Origin: a virus | Direction: 5' to 3' (one strand) | IMG/VR virus record: IMGVR_UViG_3300013947_000003 | Span: 32,001-96,000 of that record | DNA: 64,000 nt | Shown here: piece after piece, positions 19,762 to 27,547 of the stretch | Position numbering within the stretch: position 1 is the stretch's first letter | Layout: every line of letters begins with the position of its first letter | Notes under the pieces: model-generated | The model's database searches: none | What the model saw: only the letters and a program-made list of their open reading frames with translations | Told to the model about the DNA's origin: nothing | Made by a program: the position numbers and the translations under genes

Positions 19762-19945
19762 TTTTTTATATTTGTAAGGATGTGGAGGGTAAAATAATAA
19801 AAATTTTTATACTTATAGGAATGAGGTATTTTAATTTTTTATATCTGTAAAATGGAGTATTCTAAGTTTATAAAAATAAAAGTTTTTTATTTGTAAAGAT
19901 GGGGGCATTTTTAAATTTTTTATATATTTATATAAACGAGGTATT
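19762..19945 (+). promoter_or_regulatory. five tandem promoter-like repeats
   Basis: Units start near 19762, 19804, 19835, 19883 and 19916. Consensus TTTTTTATAYNTRTAARRATGRGG. Unit 1 contains TATATTTG (19767-19774), which matches the Bacteroidota -7 box TAnnTTTG. Confidence 0.4.
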
Positions 19946-20402
19946 ATTACCCACTCCTCCCCACCCCTGGCGAGCCAGGGGGATATCCCCCGGGGGGCTA
20001 TATATCACAGTAGTCCCAACATGGCCCATACAGCCGAACATTGCTGCTATGGCCCAATTAATGCTTGCTAGTGTTCACTCAACTTCAGGAGTGAGGGAGC
20101 TGACCTATTCAGCCTTATAATTAACATGTTTCACTTAAAAACCATATAGGATATGAAAACAAAGCATTTCCTTATGGGGGCAAAGCAATAATTGCCTCAG
20201 CATTATTCTTTGCTGGGGCAATTGCATATGTCTTCATCATTTGGACATCCTCCAAAGATGAGGACTAATGCCCCATGTTGGGTTGCCAACACCCAACGTA
20301 TGTAGATAAAATTGGCCAACATTATTCATTCTCCCCATCTCCTCTTTTTATTATTAACCCAAACCTTCACACTGGGAATATAGTCTATCTAGACTGGTTA
20401 AA

Positions 20403-20891
20403 GTGTATAAAAAAATGCGATATATGTGGACGATAGAAAATGGGTACGGCCTGCTGCAAAAATGCAGCAATGCTGCAACCCTAGAAGGGGTCTTCACAGA
20501 AATTTTAGAAGAGATCCGGGAGCACTTTATAGTGTGCTCTATATGGACATCGTTTAGCGACAGGTATCCTATAAGGATACCTTTCACGGCAACTTCACTC
20601 CTCGGCGAATACTTCGCCGGGGAGGTGGTATATGATAAGGCGGAAAACCGCCTCATCATATATGAGGATGAATATTCTGCCCCCTCTAAAGAGGTGGCAA
20701 GACGGTGGTGCGAGGGGCCCACCAAACCCAAAGAGTTGCTCTTATATTGGAGCAACTCTCCATTTAGGGCAGATGTGCAGAGGGCCTACAGCCACACAGC
20801 TCTCTGTGTGGCATTCCTGGCCACGGGGGAAGTGGCCTCCTCATACGAGGAGGCGTGGAATATTGTTAGAGAGGCTGCTGAGCAGTCTTAA
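20403..20891 (+). CDS. hypothetical early protein
   Basis: Longest ORF in the G+C-richer block. Overlapping alternative-frame ORFs were judged to be shadows. Confidence 0.45.
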   Translation: MYKKMRYMWTIENGYGLLQKCSNAATLEGVFTEILEEIREHFIVCSIWTSFSDRYPIRIPFTATSLLGEYFAGEVVYDKAENRLIIYEDEYSAPSKEVARRWCEGPTKPKELLLYWSNSPFRADVQRAYSHTALCVAFLATGEVASSYEEAWNIVREAAEQS

Positions 20892-21212
20892 CAATATCCC
20901 CAGGATGAGCTCAAGAGCGATTGAATAAAAGGCCCTACAAAGCCTTTTACTTCACTCTTGAGTTCACCAAAGGTGGGTGGCCTGTTGGGTTTGTAGGCAC
21001 CCCAACATTAGACAAAAACCTACAGCACACTGCTCCCTCAGTAATATTCTATGCCCTCCATTAATTGGTTGTAGCCCTCAGTTTGCATATTGTATTATAT
21101 ATATGTAAACTTCTCTTTAGTTATGCATAGTTTCAGGTCATTCTTATCCATAGAATGGCTTGTTACTAATGCTGTATGTCTCGTTGATTTATTAACTCTT
21201 AACCTCAAAGAT

Positions 21213-21521
21213 ATGGAGTTACATAATTATACTCCTCACACAATCTCTTTGAATAATGGCACACAGTTCCCCTCTGAAGGGTTGGCTCGTGTGGCCAATA
21301 CATTCACAGAGTTTGTGGAAGGTATCTGTGAGGTACACTTTGGAGACATCCAAGGACTTCCTGAGCCTCAGGAAGGTGTCCTGTATATAGTGTCTGCACT
21401 TGTATTGTCTGCAGCTAAGGCTGCTGGCCGTACAGATTGTGTGGCACCTGCGACAGGACATCCTGATTGCATCCGTGATGCAAAAGGATTTATCCTGAGT
21501 GTGCCTGGCTTTGTTCGATAG
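21213..21521 (+). CDS. hypothetical early protein
   Basis: Internal ATG of track ORF 21090-21521: MELHNYTPHTISLNNG...GLPEPQEGVLYIVSALV. Ends in TAG. Confidence 0.55.
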   Translation: MELHNYTPHTISLNNGTQFPSEGLARVANTFTEFVEGICEVHFGDIQGLPEPQEGVLYIVSALVLSAAKAAGRTDCVAPATGHPDCIRDAKGFILSVPGFVR

Positions 21522-21636
21522 AATAGAGCCTTCACGGAGTTTTCACCTTGCAAAATAATGGGAGTTTTGTAAGGGCTTTCCTTGGCAACAGAATAAAGCC
21601 AGGTTCCCATAATGTTTAATTCATAATATTATAATA

Positions 21637-21882
21637 ATGTTAGCATTGTTACAATATAATGAAAGCGAGGTCTATAGCAGCAGCCTCTTTCTTAACAAAG
21701 AAGAGGCTAAACTGCAATTCGCCAAGCTCAAAGAAGAGTTTGCCAAAGAGGAAGGCAATACCTTCGAAGAACTTGGTGAGGGCCATTTTACATGGTGTTC
21801 TTGGGACAGCCTGGAATTCCAATATGTAAAATTGGTGGACCTCGGTCCCTCCTTAAGGGAATACTTTGGAGTAAACCTTTGA
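21637..21882 (+). CDS. hypothetical acidic early protein
   Basis: Track ORF. Confidence 0.5.
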   Translation: MLALLQYNESEVYSSSLFLNKEEAKLQFAKLKEEFAKEEGNTFEELGEGHFTWCSWDSLEFQYVKLVDLGPSLREYFGVNL

Positions 21883-22085
21883 GAACTTTGGGTTTATGCT
21901 TTCCCAAAGTATAGATAAAAAAGCACAATATTAAAAAACTTATATCCCTATGAGTTTCTTTTATTAAAAGTTTTAGATTAGGGACCTTGTTTTAATCTCG
22001 GTTTCACACCACTATATTATATAGTGTGTTATAGTGGTGGCTTTATTAAAGTATATCACACACTACCACCAAAACATATACATCT

Positions 22086-22232
22086 ATGGAAACATTTGAT
22101 GTTATGTGCCTCCTAACAGTATTGCTTATAATAGCAATTCTGGGAGGCATTGTGTTCCTCCTAGAGGCCACCCCACTGTGGAAGAAGTTTCAAAACTTCA
22201 TTCTCCACATATGGGGTGGAGAGGAAGACTAA
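22086..22232 (+). CDS. 48-aa single-TM peptide with acidic C-terminus
   Basis: Own translation: METFDVMCLLTVLLIIAILGGIVFLLEATPLWKKFQNFILHIWGGEED. Confidence 0.35.
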   Translation: METFDVMCLLTVLLIIAILGGIVFLLEATPLWKKFQNFILHIWGGEED

Positions 22233-22348
22233 CTCACTCTCCTCTCTCCTCACCTCTACTCCTCATTCACTTAATTCTAACCAAAACCTCCCAGGTAGTA
22301 AGGGTGTATTCCCAAGCTTATAAAGCTGTTAAGACCTGTTCAAAAATC

Positions 22349-22738
22349 ATGACAAAATTTAATTTTGCTTACAATCGTCTTCGTGAAGCCTACATGGCAT
22401 TCACACACAGCCGTTCGTACAACTCCTTTCAGGCATGGTATAATGAGTGCCACTACATAGATTGGGTGTGGGGGTATTATGGGGGAATTTTCGAAAGGGC
22501 GGACTACTATAGTAGTCCGCAAAAAGAAAGAGCGCAGAGGGAGTGGGAGAGCTTCCTCCTAAGGACCGCTAAGATATTTGATATCTTAGCGGACTGCACA
22601 GACTGGCACGAATCTGTGCCGTACTTCTATAAGAACGGAGACCCAGAGGCGACTCTCCGTCAATTCTTCCCAGAACTGGAAGAAGCAGACAGAATAAAGA
22701 GGGAATCCTCTTTAGGGAAGGACTACTTCCCATTCTAA
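22349..22738 (+). CDS. hypothetical early protein
   Basis: Internal ATG of track ORF 22106-22738. The upstream 81 codons look non-protein-like and overlap the TM peptide ORF. Confidence 0.5.
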   Translation: MTKFNFAYNRLREAYMAFTHSRSYNSFQAWYNECHYIDWVWGYYGGIFERADYYSSPQKERAQREWESFLLRTAKIFDILADCTDWHESVPYFYKNGDPEATLRQFFPELEEADRIKRESSLGKDYFPF

Positions 22739-22820
22739 TACTCCTAGAAAAAAACTAGTACCCCTAGAGTTTCTACATGAGTAGTTTTAAATAGGGGTTT
22801 CACTTAAATCCTATAAAACA

Positions 22821-23108
22821 ATGAAAAAAGGATTTTATGAGTTCAAAGAAGAACTCCTTCAGCAAATAGATGCTGAAATAGAAAATGCACCTCAACAGTC
22901 AATAACTGTTGAGGAATTTGAGGAATACCTCAACATCCACAATAAAGTAACTAAGTGTGTTGACACCATAGGGCTACTAAAGCTAGCCCAAACCTTTTAC
23001 AGGACACGCTTGTTTAGTGTTTGTAGTACCCCGGACTCCCCAACAACGTCTTCCATAGAGTACTATCTGGGGAAGCTCCAAGAAGTAAGGAGGGAGCTTT
23101 ATGGATGA
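22821..23108 (+). CDS. hypothetical early protein
   Basis: Track ORF, preceded by a hairpin plus the TTCACTTAAA motif. Confidence 0.5.
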   Translation: MKKGFYEFKEELLQQIDAEIENAPQQSITVEEFEEYLNIHNKVTKCVDTIGLLKLAQTFYRTRLFSVCSTPDSPTTSSIEYYLGKLQEVRRELYG

Positions 23109-23364
23109 GAGGCTCTATGAGTTATTGTTGGATTTGACAATCCACATGGCTCAAAGGAGATTCGATCAAAGGATCTCCAAAAGAGATCTCTCTACATGGG
23201 ATCTCTATGAGATATATGAGGAGCTAGACCTCCTCTATAACATGAAACGCACTGAATGGCCTACATTAGTGCGCCTTTCAAAAAAGTACATTGTGTACTT
23301 ATTAAACCAAGAAGGGACAGATAAACTGTTCTTTAAGTCCCTCCTGCAAAACCTAAAAGTATGA
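23101..23364 (+). CDS. hypothetical early protein
   Basis: Track ORF with an overlapping junction. Confidence 0.5.
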   Translation: MDERLYELLLDLTIHMAQRRFDQRISKRDLSTWDLYEIYEELDLLYNMKRTEWPTLVRLSKKYIVYLLNQEGTDKLFFKSLLQNLKV

Positions 23365-23603
23365 GCGAATACTGGGAATGTCTCCAAAAGGATATCAAGG
23401 AGACCAAAGCAGCTGTGGAGGACCTCAACAAACATCTTGAGAAAATCCGCCGTCTAAAAAGAGCTACTCCACAAGAACACGTGGAGAAACAAGAGGAGTT
23501 AAAACAAATAGAGCGAGAGCTCTCTAATGACCTAGACTACTATGAGTTGAAACTCCAAGACCTCACAAAAGAAGAGTGTATGTACGAGTACTTCTGCTCT
23601 TAA
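23361..23603 (+). CDS. hypothetical coiled-coil early protein
   Basis: Track ORF with an ATGA junction. It is followed by the 10-bp hairpin cttggtgggc/gcccaccaag. Confidence 0.5.
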   Translation: MSEYWECLQKDIKETKAAVEDLNKHLEKIRRLKRATPQEHVEKQEELKQIERELSNDLDYYELKLQDLTKEECMYEYFCS

Positions 23604-23699
23604 AATCTGAGCAATTCACTTGGTGGGCTTAAATAGTATGGGCCCACCAAGGCTTTGTATAAGTCAACACATACTACCACATCTAAAACTTATAATACA

Positions 23700-23903
23700 A
23701 TGGAAAAGTTTTCAGATGACCCTATTTGGGTAACAAAAGATGGAGTTAAACTCCATCTTTCTGAGATGTCAACCAGGCATCTCATTAACAGTTTAAACCT
23801 TCTAAGGATTAACTGTGGGTGGAGAGAGCGCTTTGTAGTTCCCATGCTTCGGGAACTTAAAAGGCGTAACATGTTATTTGACTGGTGGTTCTATAATCTC
23901 TAG
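23700..23903 (+). CDS. hypothetical early protein
   Basis: ATG inside track ORF 23655-23903. Ends in TAG. Confidence 0.45.
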   Translation: MEKFSDDPIWVTKDGVKLHLSEMSTRHLINSLNLLRINCGWRERFVVPMLRELKRRNMLFDWWFYNL

Positions 23904-23976
23904 TTAGCATAGAACTAATACCTTCCTAAGTTCTCAAGTTCTTAAAGGGAAGGTTCACTTAAAACGCATAACAACA

Positions 23977-24261
23977 ATGGAAAACAAAACAAATGGAAGG
24001 TGTTTAGCTATCATAGATAGCATCACCTATAATCTTAGGATGCTAGTAGCCACACCGAAACATCCTAATGGAGGTGTATTCTATGTGTGGGCAGCAATAC
24101 AAGCCCACTATCCATATGAGGTACACTTCATTACAGAGTACCAAGGGATGTACCTTGTAGATCCTCGGGTACTCTGCAAAGCAGATAGGAGTACCATAGA
24201 TAATATGGAACTAGAGGCTAAAAGCCTTAGAATCTTAGTATACGAACAAAAAATAAAATAA
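23977..24261 (+). CDS. hypothetical early protein
   Basis: Track ORF, preceded by a hairpin plus the GGTTCACTTAAAAC motif. Confidence 0.5.
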   Translation: MENKTNGRCLAIIDSITYNLRMLVATPKHPNGGVFYVWAAIQAHYPYEVHFITEYQGMYLVDPRVLCKADRSTIDNMELEAKSLRILVYEQKIK

Positions 24262-24319
24262 TATATAACACTCTAACTAAAGCTTGTAGGCTGCTCTAGT
24301 GTGGAACCTTCAAATAATT

Positions 24320-24613
24320 ATGAACATACAGCGTTCCTTCACACTTCTTATCTACTCCATCCTGGCAAATAAGCCCCACACACTCTTTGCAGATAGCTTA
24401 TATCCTGTTAGAGGGATGGCTTTTAAACAAGGAGGCCACCTCTATACCTCAAAGATACATCTGGGGTATATGTTCTACCTAAGCACCCCATACTCAAATG
24501 GTAGGTGCTTTGACCTGCTTGTAATAAGGCAGGGAGAGCAGGTTGATGAACACTGGGGAATAGTGCTTCCCGTAGACACTTTAAAATCTATTATCAATTA
24601 CCTAAAATACTAA
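24320..24613 (+). CDS. hypothetical early protein
   Basis: First ATG within track ORF 24299-24613. Confidence 0.45.
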   Translation: MNIQRSFTLLIYSILANKPHTLFADSLYPVRGMAFKQGGHLYTSKIHLGYMFYLSTPYSNGRCFDLLVIRQGEQVDEHWGIVLPVDTLKSIINYLKY

Positions 24614-24624
24614 CCACCAAAACA

Positions 24625-25083
24625 ATGAAGTTAATAATCCGGCTTCAAAGTAACGTGAATACGTTGCTTACAAACCATTCCCTAGATGGGAAAAGGTTTC
24701 ATAATCATGTGGTTTTCTATCTTAACCTTCATAAAAAGATAGAGCAAAACAGATTCAATCTGTTTAAGACGGCGCTTGTTAATAAACTTAACAGGTGCTG
24801 TCCTGAGTTTGAGGATGTATCCATCAAGCAGGTTAAACACCATGCTTATGATGGGGCAAAAACAATTAACCTCAAAAACCAGCTTTGGGCACTAAATGCC
24901 GCAAGTGAGGAATATATGCTAGAGTTAGTTCTCAAATACATCGTCGATATACTGCGCCTTAATTGTACGCTAAGCAACTATGAAGGCATTGGCGAAAAAG
25001 CCTTTATAATAGCAGATACAGATGATAACATGTTTGAGTATATACTCAATACATATAAAAACGGGGTCATTATAGACGCCTAG
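24625..25083 (+). CDS. hypothetical early protein
   Basis: Track ORF. Ends in TAG. Confidence 0.5.
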   Translation: MKLIIRLQSNVNTLLTNHSLDGKRFHNHVVFYLNLHKKIEQNRFNLFKTALVNKLNRCCPEFEDVSIKQVKHHAYDGAKTINLKNQLWALNAASEEYMLELVLKYIVDILRLNCTLSNYEGIGEKAFIIADTDDNMFEYILNTYKNGVIIDA

Positions 25084-25108
25084 TATCTGTAATCAAATAT
25101 CTAAAATA

Positions 25109-25285
25109 ATGGATAAAGAAAAGAGGCTTGAAGAGCTGCGGTTTGATATAATGCGGCAAGAACTTATCAGTGGATACCTAAATGAAAGACTGATAGAAGT
25201 ATCAAAGAAACTCAAAGAACTGCGTAAAGAAGAAGATGACCTTGAAAGGCAAATCTTCGAAGAACTTGAAGCAGAAGAATACTAA
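25109..25285 (+). CDS. 58-aa coiled-coil protein
   Basis: Own translation MDKEKRLEELRFDIMRQELISGYLNERLIEVSKKLKELRKEEDDLERQIFEELEAEEY. Below the track length cut-off. Confidence 0.4.
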   Translation: MDKEKRLEELRFDIMRQELISGYLNERLIEVSKKLKELRKEEDDLERQIFEELEAEEY

Positions 25286-25470
25286 ACCATCCTATATAAT
25301 AGTGCCCTTGAGGAGTAAAATCCTTGAGGGCATTATTTTTTTCTGCCCGCTTGCGCGTGCAAGTCACTCTTTCCCATGCATGGAAGGCAAGGTTGCCAAT
25401 GAGAGGTTCAACCACCTTCCACATCTTTTCACTTAAAACCTTATGGTGTATAGGTTAACCGTATACTGTT

Positions 25471-25758
25471 ATGTCTAAGTCAATTCTTAGCGGCAAAGTT
25501 TATGCAGGTTCTTGGAATCTCGACTCCACTGAAAACCTCAGCCAAGAGGAACTCAATGCCTTCGAGAAGGCCACGGTGGTAGATTCCATGTATGGACTTT
25601 CTTGCTGCTTTCTAATGCATAGCGGCGAGAAGATCTACGTCCCCATGGCCACCCAAAGTGGGGCCAAAGCAGGGGATGTCCTTGACTTGCACACCATGAA
25701 GAAACTCACCCTCTCCAAATCAGGAGAGGAAGATATTCTTCGTATCATGGAGGGATAA
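25471..25758 (+). CDS. hypothetical early protein
   Basis: Track ORF, last gene of the G+C-richer block. Confidence 0.5.
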   Translation: MSKSILSGKVYAGSWNLDSTENLSQEELNAFEKATVVDSMYGLSCCFLMHSGEKIYVPMATQSGAKAGDVLDLHTMKKLTLSKSGEEDILRIMEG

Positions 25759-25783
25759 TTAAACCCCCTCCTTCCGCTCTACA

Positions 25784-25823
25784 TACCCTCCTGGGAATTA
25801 TTCCTGGGAGGGTATTTTTTTTT
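25784..25823 (+). terminator. rho-independent terminator
   Basis: taccctcc...ggagggta stem followed by a T9 run (25815-25823). Confidence 0.8.
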
Positions 25824-25904
25824 CAGTCACCTCTCTCATCTAAGTTTCCATTACTATTTATTAATCTATATTAACATTAATTAATAGTAATAACATTACT
25901 TTAT

Positions 25905-25975
25905 ATTGGTATATTACCAATTATACCATACTTTTTATTGGTTTATTACCAATTTATACTATTGGTATGTTACCA
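25905..25975. repeat. three palindromic operator-like sites TTGGTA-N3-TACCAA
   Basis: ttggtatattaccaa 25905-25919, ttggtttattaccaa 25937-25951, ttggtatgttaccaa 25961-25975. Confidence 0.55.
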
Positions 25976-26157
25976 ATTTTATCACAACAACCTCACTATA
26001 TGTGTGGGTTATGTTGTTGAATATCAGTGAGTTACAGATGTCCTCACTCCTCCCCACAGTTGGTGGTGCACCGAGTAACTTATAAAAAATCAAAAGGATA
26101 AGTTAAATTATAGCTTTTTTTACCCGCTATTAATTCTCCTCCTTTTTGGTTTTTTAT

Positions 26158-26188
26158 TTGCACACCTTAAAATTTATATATAATTTTG
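26158..26188 (+). promoter_or_regulatory. Bacteroidota-type promoter (-33 TTTG / -7 TAnnTTTG)
   Basis: TTTG at 26158-26161 and TAATTTTG at 26181-26188, 19-nt spacer, 10 nt upstream of tRNA-Leu. Confidence 0.5.
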
Positions 26189-26198
26189 TATAAAATAA

Positions 26199-26284
26199 GC
26201 CCTTATGATGGAATTGGTAGACATGAGAGACTTAAAATCTCTTGGCCATTATTGGCTGTGTGGGTTCGAGTCCCACTAGGGGTA
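26199..26284 (+). tRNA. tRNA-Leu (anticodon TAA), long variable arm
   Basis: Acceptor GCCCTTA/TAGGGGT. Anticodon stem AGAGA/TCTCT with loop CT-TAA-AA. Long variable arm. T arm GTGGG-TTCGAGT-CCCAC. Confidence 0.85.
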
Positions 26285-26316
26285 CAATTAACAGTATTAA
26301 CTTAAAACTAAACAAA

Positions 26317-26781
26317 ATGGAGTACATTTACAAGATGACTTTAGTGGCAGGTGGAACCACTATCTGTACAAGAAAAGTAAGAACAAAAGAAGAAGGTGAA
26401 TTTCAAGCAAAAGAAATTCTAAAAAACAGACAAGATGTAGTAAAAGTGGAATACTATATCAAAGAAGGAGAAAAAAATAAATGTAATCCTTCGAAAGAAG
26501 AAAAAGTATATAACTACATACTCAAAACGTACTCACAGTTATACGAAACTCCCCTTAAAAAATACCCTAATGTATCTACATTAGCGGTTTTTGGTGCTAC
26601 ATCTAAAATAGTAGATGATATAGAGAGCTATCTTAATATATCTTTTAATGGAGATAGGACATCTTTAGAAGAAGGAGCTCTCTTCATACGCAAACATATA
26701 GAAGACCTCTATAATGCAATAGAAAAGTATAAAATGGACCTCTATAATGCCGACATAGTCGATATTATAGACACATATTAA
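26317..26781 (+). CDS. hypothetical protein
   Basis: First ATG after tRNA-Leu, in the frame of track ORF 26242-26781. Confidence 0.55.
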   Translation: MEYIYKMTLVAGGTTICTRKVRTKEEGEFQAKEILKNRQDVVKVEYYIKEGEKNKCNPSKEEKVYNYILKTYSQLYETPLKKYPNVSTLAVFGATSKIVDDIESYLNISFNGDRTSLEEGALFIRKHIEDLYNAIEKYKMDLYNADIVDIIDTY

Positions 26782-26947
26782 ATGACGTCCTACTTTCTTG
26801 TAGGAACATGTACTATGTTACAGCAGTACTAAAAAAGTCCCAGAAGATGTTGGTGACAAAGCAACCTTCTTAAAATCTATCTGCTACATCGACACTTTGT
26901 CCGTATGAGATGTATGATAGAGGTTAGAGACAATTGGTACTCTAACA

Positions 26948-27044
26948 GACTATATAGTTTATGTGTTAAAACATTCTTATATTACCTATGTGAAAAGTGC
27001 ATGGGGTTATAAGAAAGAAGTAAGTTCGCAACTTACTGTAGTCG
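26948..27044 (+). tRNA. tRNA-like gene with 32 nt between the anticodon-stem halves
   Basis: Acceptor GACTATA/TGTAGTC, D stem GTTT/AAAC, T arm GTAAG-TTCGCAA-CTTAC. Anticodon stem TTCTT (26974-78) and AAGAA (27011-15) enclose 32 nt instead of 7. Confidence 0.4.
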
Positions 27045-27063
27045 CACTTCATTTTGTAATAAT

Positions 27064-27183
27064 AGGTATATAGTTTAACTAAAGTAAAACACCATTACAG
27101 TCTATTTTTAGAGTGTTAGTTTGATTTTTTGTTGGCCATTGTTTTCAGTAATGGAGATATAGGTTCAAATCCTATTATACCTT
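27064..27183 (+). tRNA. tRNA-like gene with 44-nt insertion flanked by CCATT direct repeat
   Basis: Acceptor AGGTATA/TATACCT, D stem GTTT/AAAC, T arm ATAGG-TTCAAAT-CCTAT. CCATT occurs at 27092 and again at 27136, and AATGG at 27150. The loop next to the second copy is gttttcagt. Confidence 0.45.
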
Positions 27184-27243
27184 CTATATAAGTATCGTTT
27201 TTAGATTGTTAAAACTAGTGGTACGTGAGTATAGCTAGTATAT

Positions 27244-27317
27244 GGTCCTTTAGCTTAGTTGGTTAGAGCACCTGACTCATAATCAGGGAGTCGTAGGTTC
27301 AAGCCCTACAAGGACCA
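27244..27317 (+). tRNA. tRNA-Met/Ile2 type (anticodon CAT)
   Basis: Canonical cloverleaf GGTCCTT...CCTGA-CTCATAA-TCAGG...GTAGG-TTCAAGC-CCTAC-AAGGACC-A. Confidence 0.9.
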
Positions 27318-27363
27318 CTTCATTGTATTGTTGGTTTTAAGTGAAACAATTGGTTATTAACCA

Positions 27364-27431
27364 GGCTCTTTAGTTTAATGTAAAACATTCTATAGTATAG
27401 AAAGATGTAGGGTCATATCCTACAAGAGCTG
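27364..27431 (+). tRNA. tRNA-like gene with 5-nt anticodon loop
   Basis: Acceptor GGCTCTT/AAGAGCT. T arm GTAGG-GTCATAT-CCTAC. The anticodon arm TTCTA-tagta-TAGAA is 15 nt instead of 17. Confidence 0.35.
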
Positions 27432-27490
27432 CAAAAATTAAGTGTTTTATAACATTTTGATTAACATTTTGGTCATATTCACTTATTTTA

Positions 27491-27527
27491 CCTTGCGGTT
27501 CGTGAGAATAGCAAGGTTTTATTTTTT
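27491..27527 (+). terminator. hairpin plus T-run after tRNA cluster
   Basis: ccttgc-ggttcgtgagaata-gcaagg followed by ttttatttttt. The loop resembles that of a second hairpin at 27214-27239. Confidence 0.55.
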
Positions 27528-27547
27528 AACTTAAAACACAAAAGATT

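Noticed and set aside
20150-20272. A small TM ORF (...GGKAIIASALFFAGAIAYVFIIWTSSKDED) resembling the 22086-22232 peptide.
   Set aside because: The frame has no ATG, GTG or TTG start after the upstream TAA. It is kept only as a note because the C-terminal acidic tail parallels the 22086-22232 peptide.
20354-21610. Overlapping alternative-frame ORFs in the G+C-richer block (20354-20755 minus, 20632-20928 plus, 21219-21461 minus, 21368-21610 minus).
   Set aside because: Higher G+C reduces stop-codon frequency, so long spurious frames are expected. I kept the plus-strand frames that fit the operon direction and motif spacing. This choice is low-confidence without homology data.
22106-22348. N-terminal 81-codon extension of ORF 22106-22738.
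   Set aside because: The sequence (PPNSIAYNSNSGRHCVPPRGHP...) looks non-protein-like and overlaps a better small TM ORF in another frame. The internal ATG at 22349 was preferred.
19741-25975. A CRISPR array explanation for the tandem repeats at 19.76-19.95 kb and 25.9 kb.
   Set aside because: The repeats are short, imperfect and AT-rich, with irregular 24-48-nt periods. There are no unique spacers of constant length and no cas genes. Promoter or operator arrays fit better.
26242-26316. 5' extension of ORF 26242-26781.
   Set aside because: It overlaps the 3' half of tRNA-Leu (26199-26284). The ATG at 26317 follows the AACTTAAAAC motif.
27136-27154. Reading the loop of tRNA-like 27064-27183 as tttcagt, which would give anticodon UCA (an opal suppressor).
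   Set aside because: It needs a non-canonical loop register (the 9-nt loop trimmed asymmetrically). TGA is clearly used as a stop throughout. The UUC register has the canonical U33 and purine-37.
26199-27431. The tRNA cluster as a prophage attachment or integration site.
   Set aside because: The window has no integrase or recombinase gene and no direct repeat of a tRNA 3' end. The overall architecture is that of a lytic crAss-like genome.
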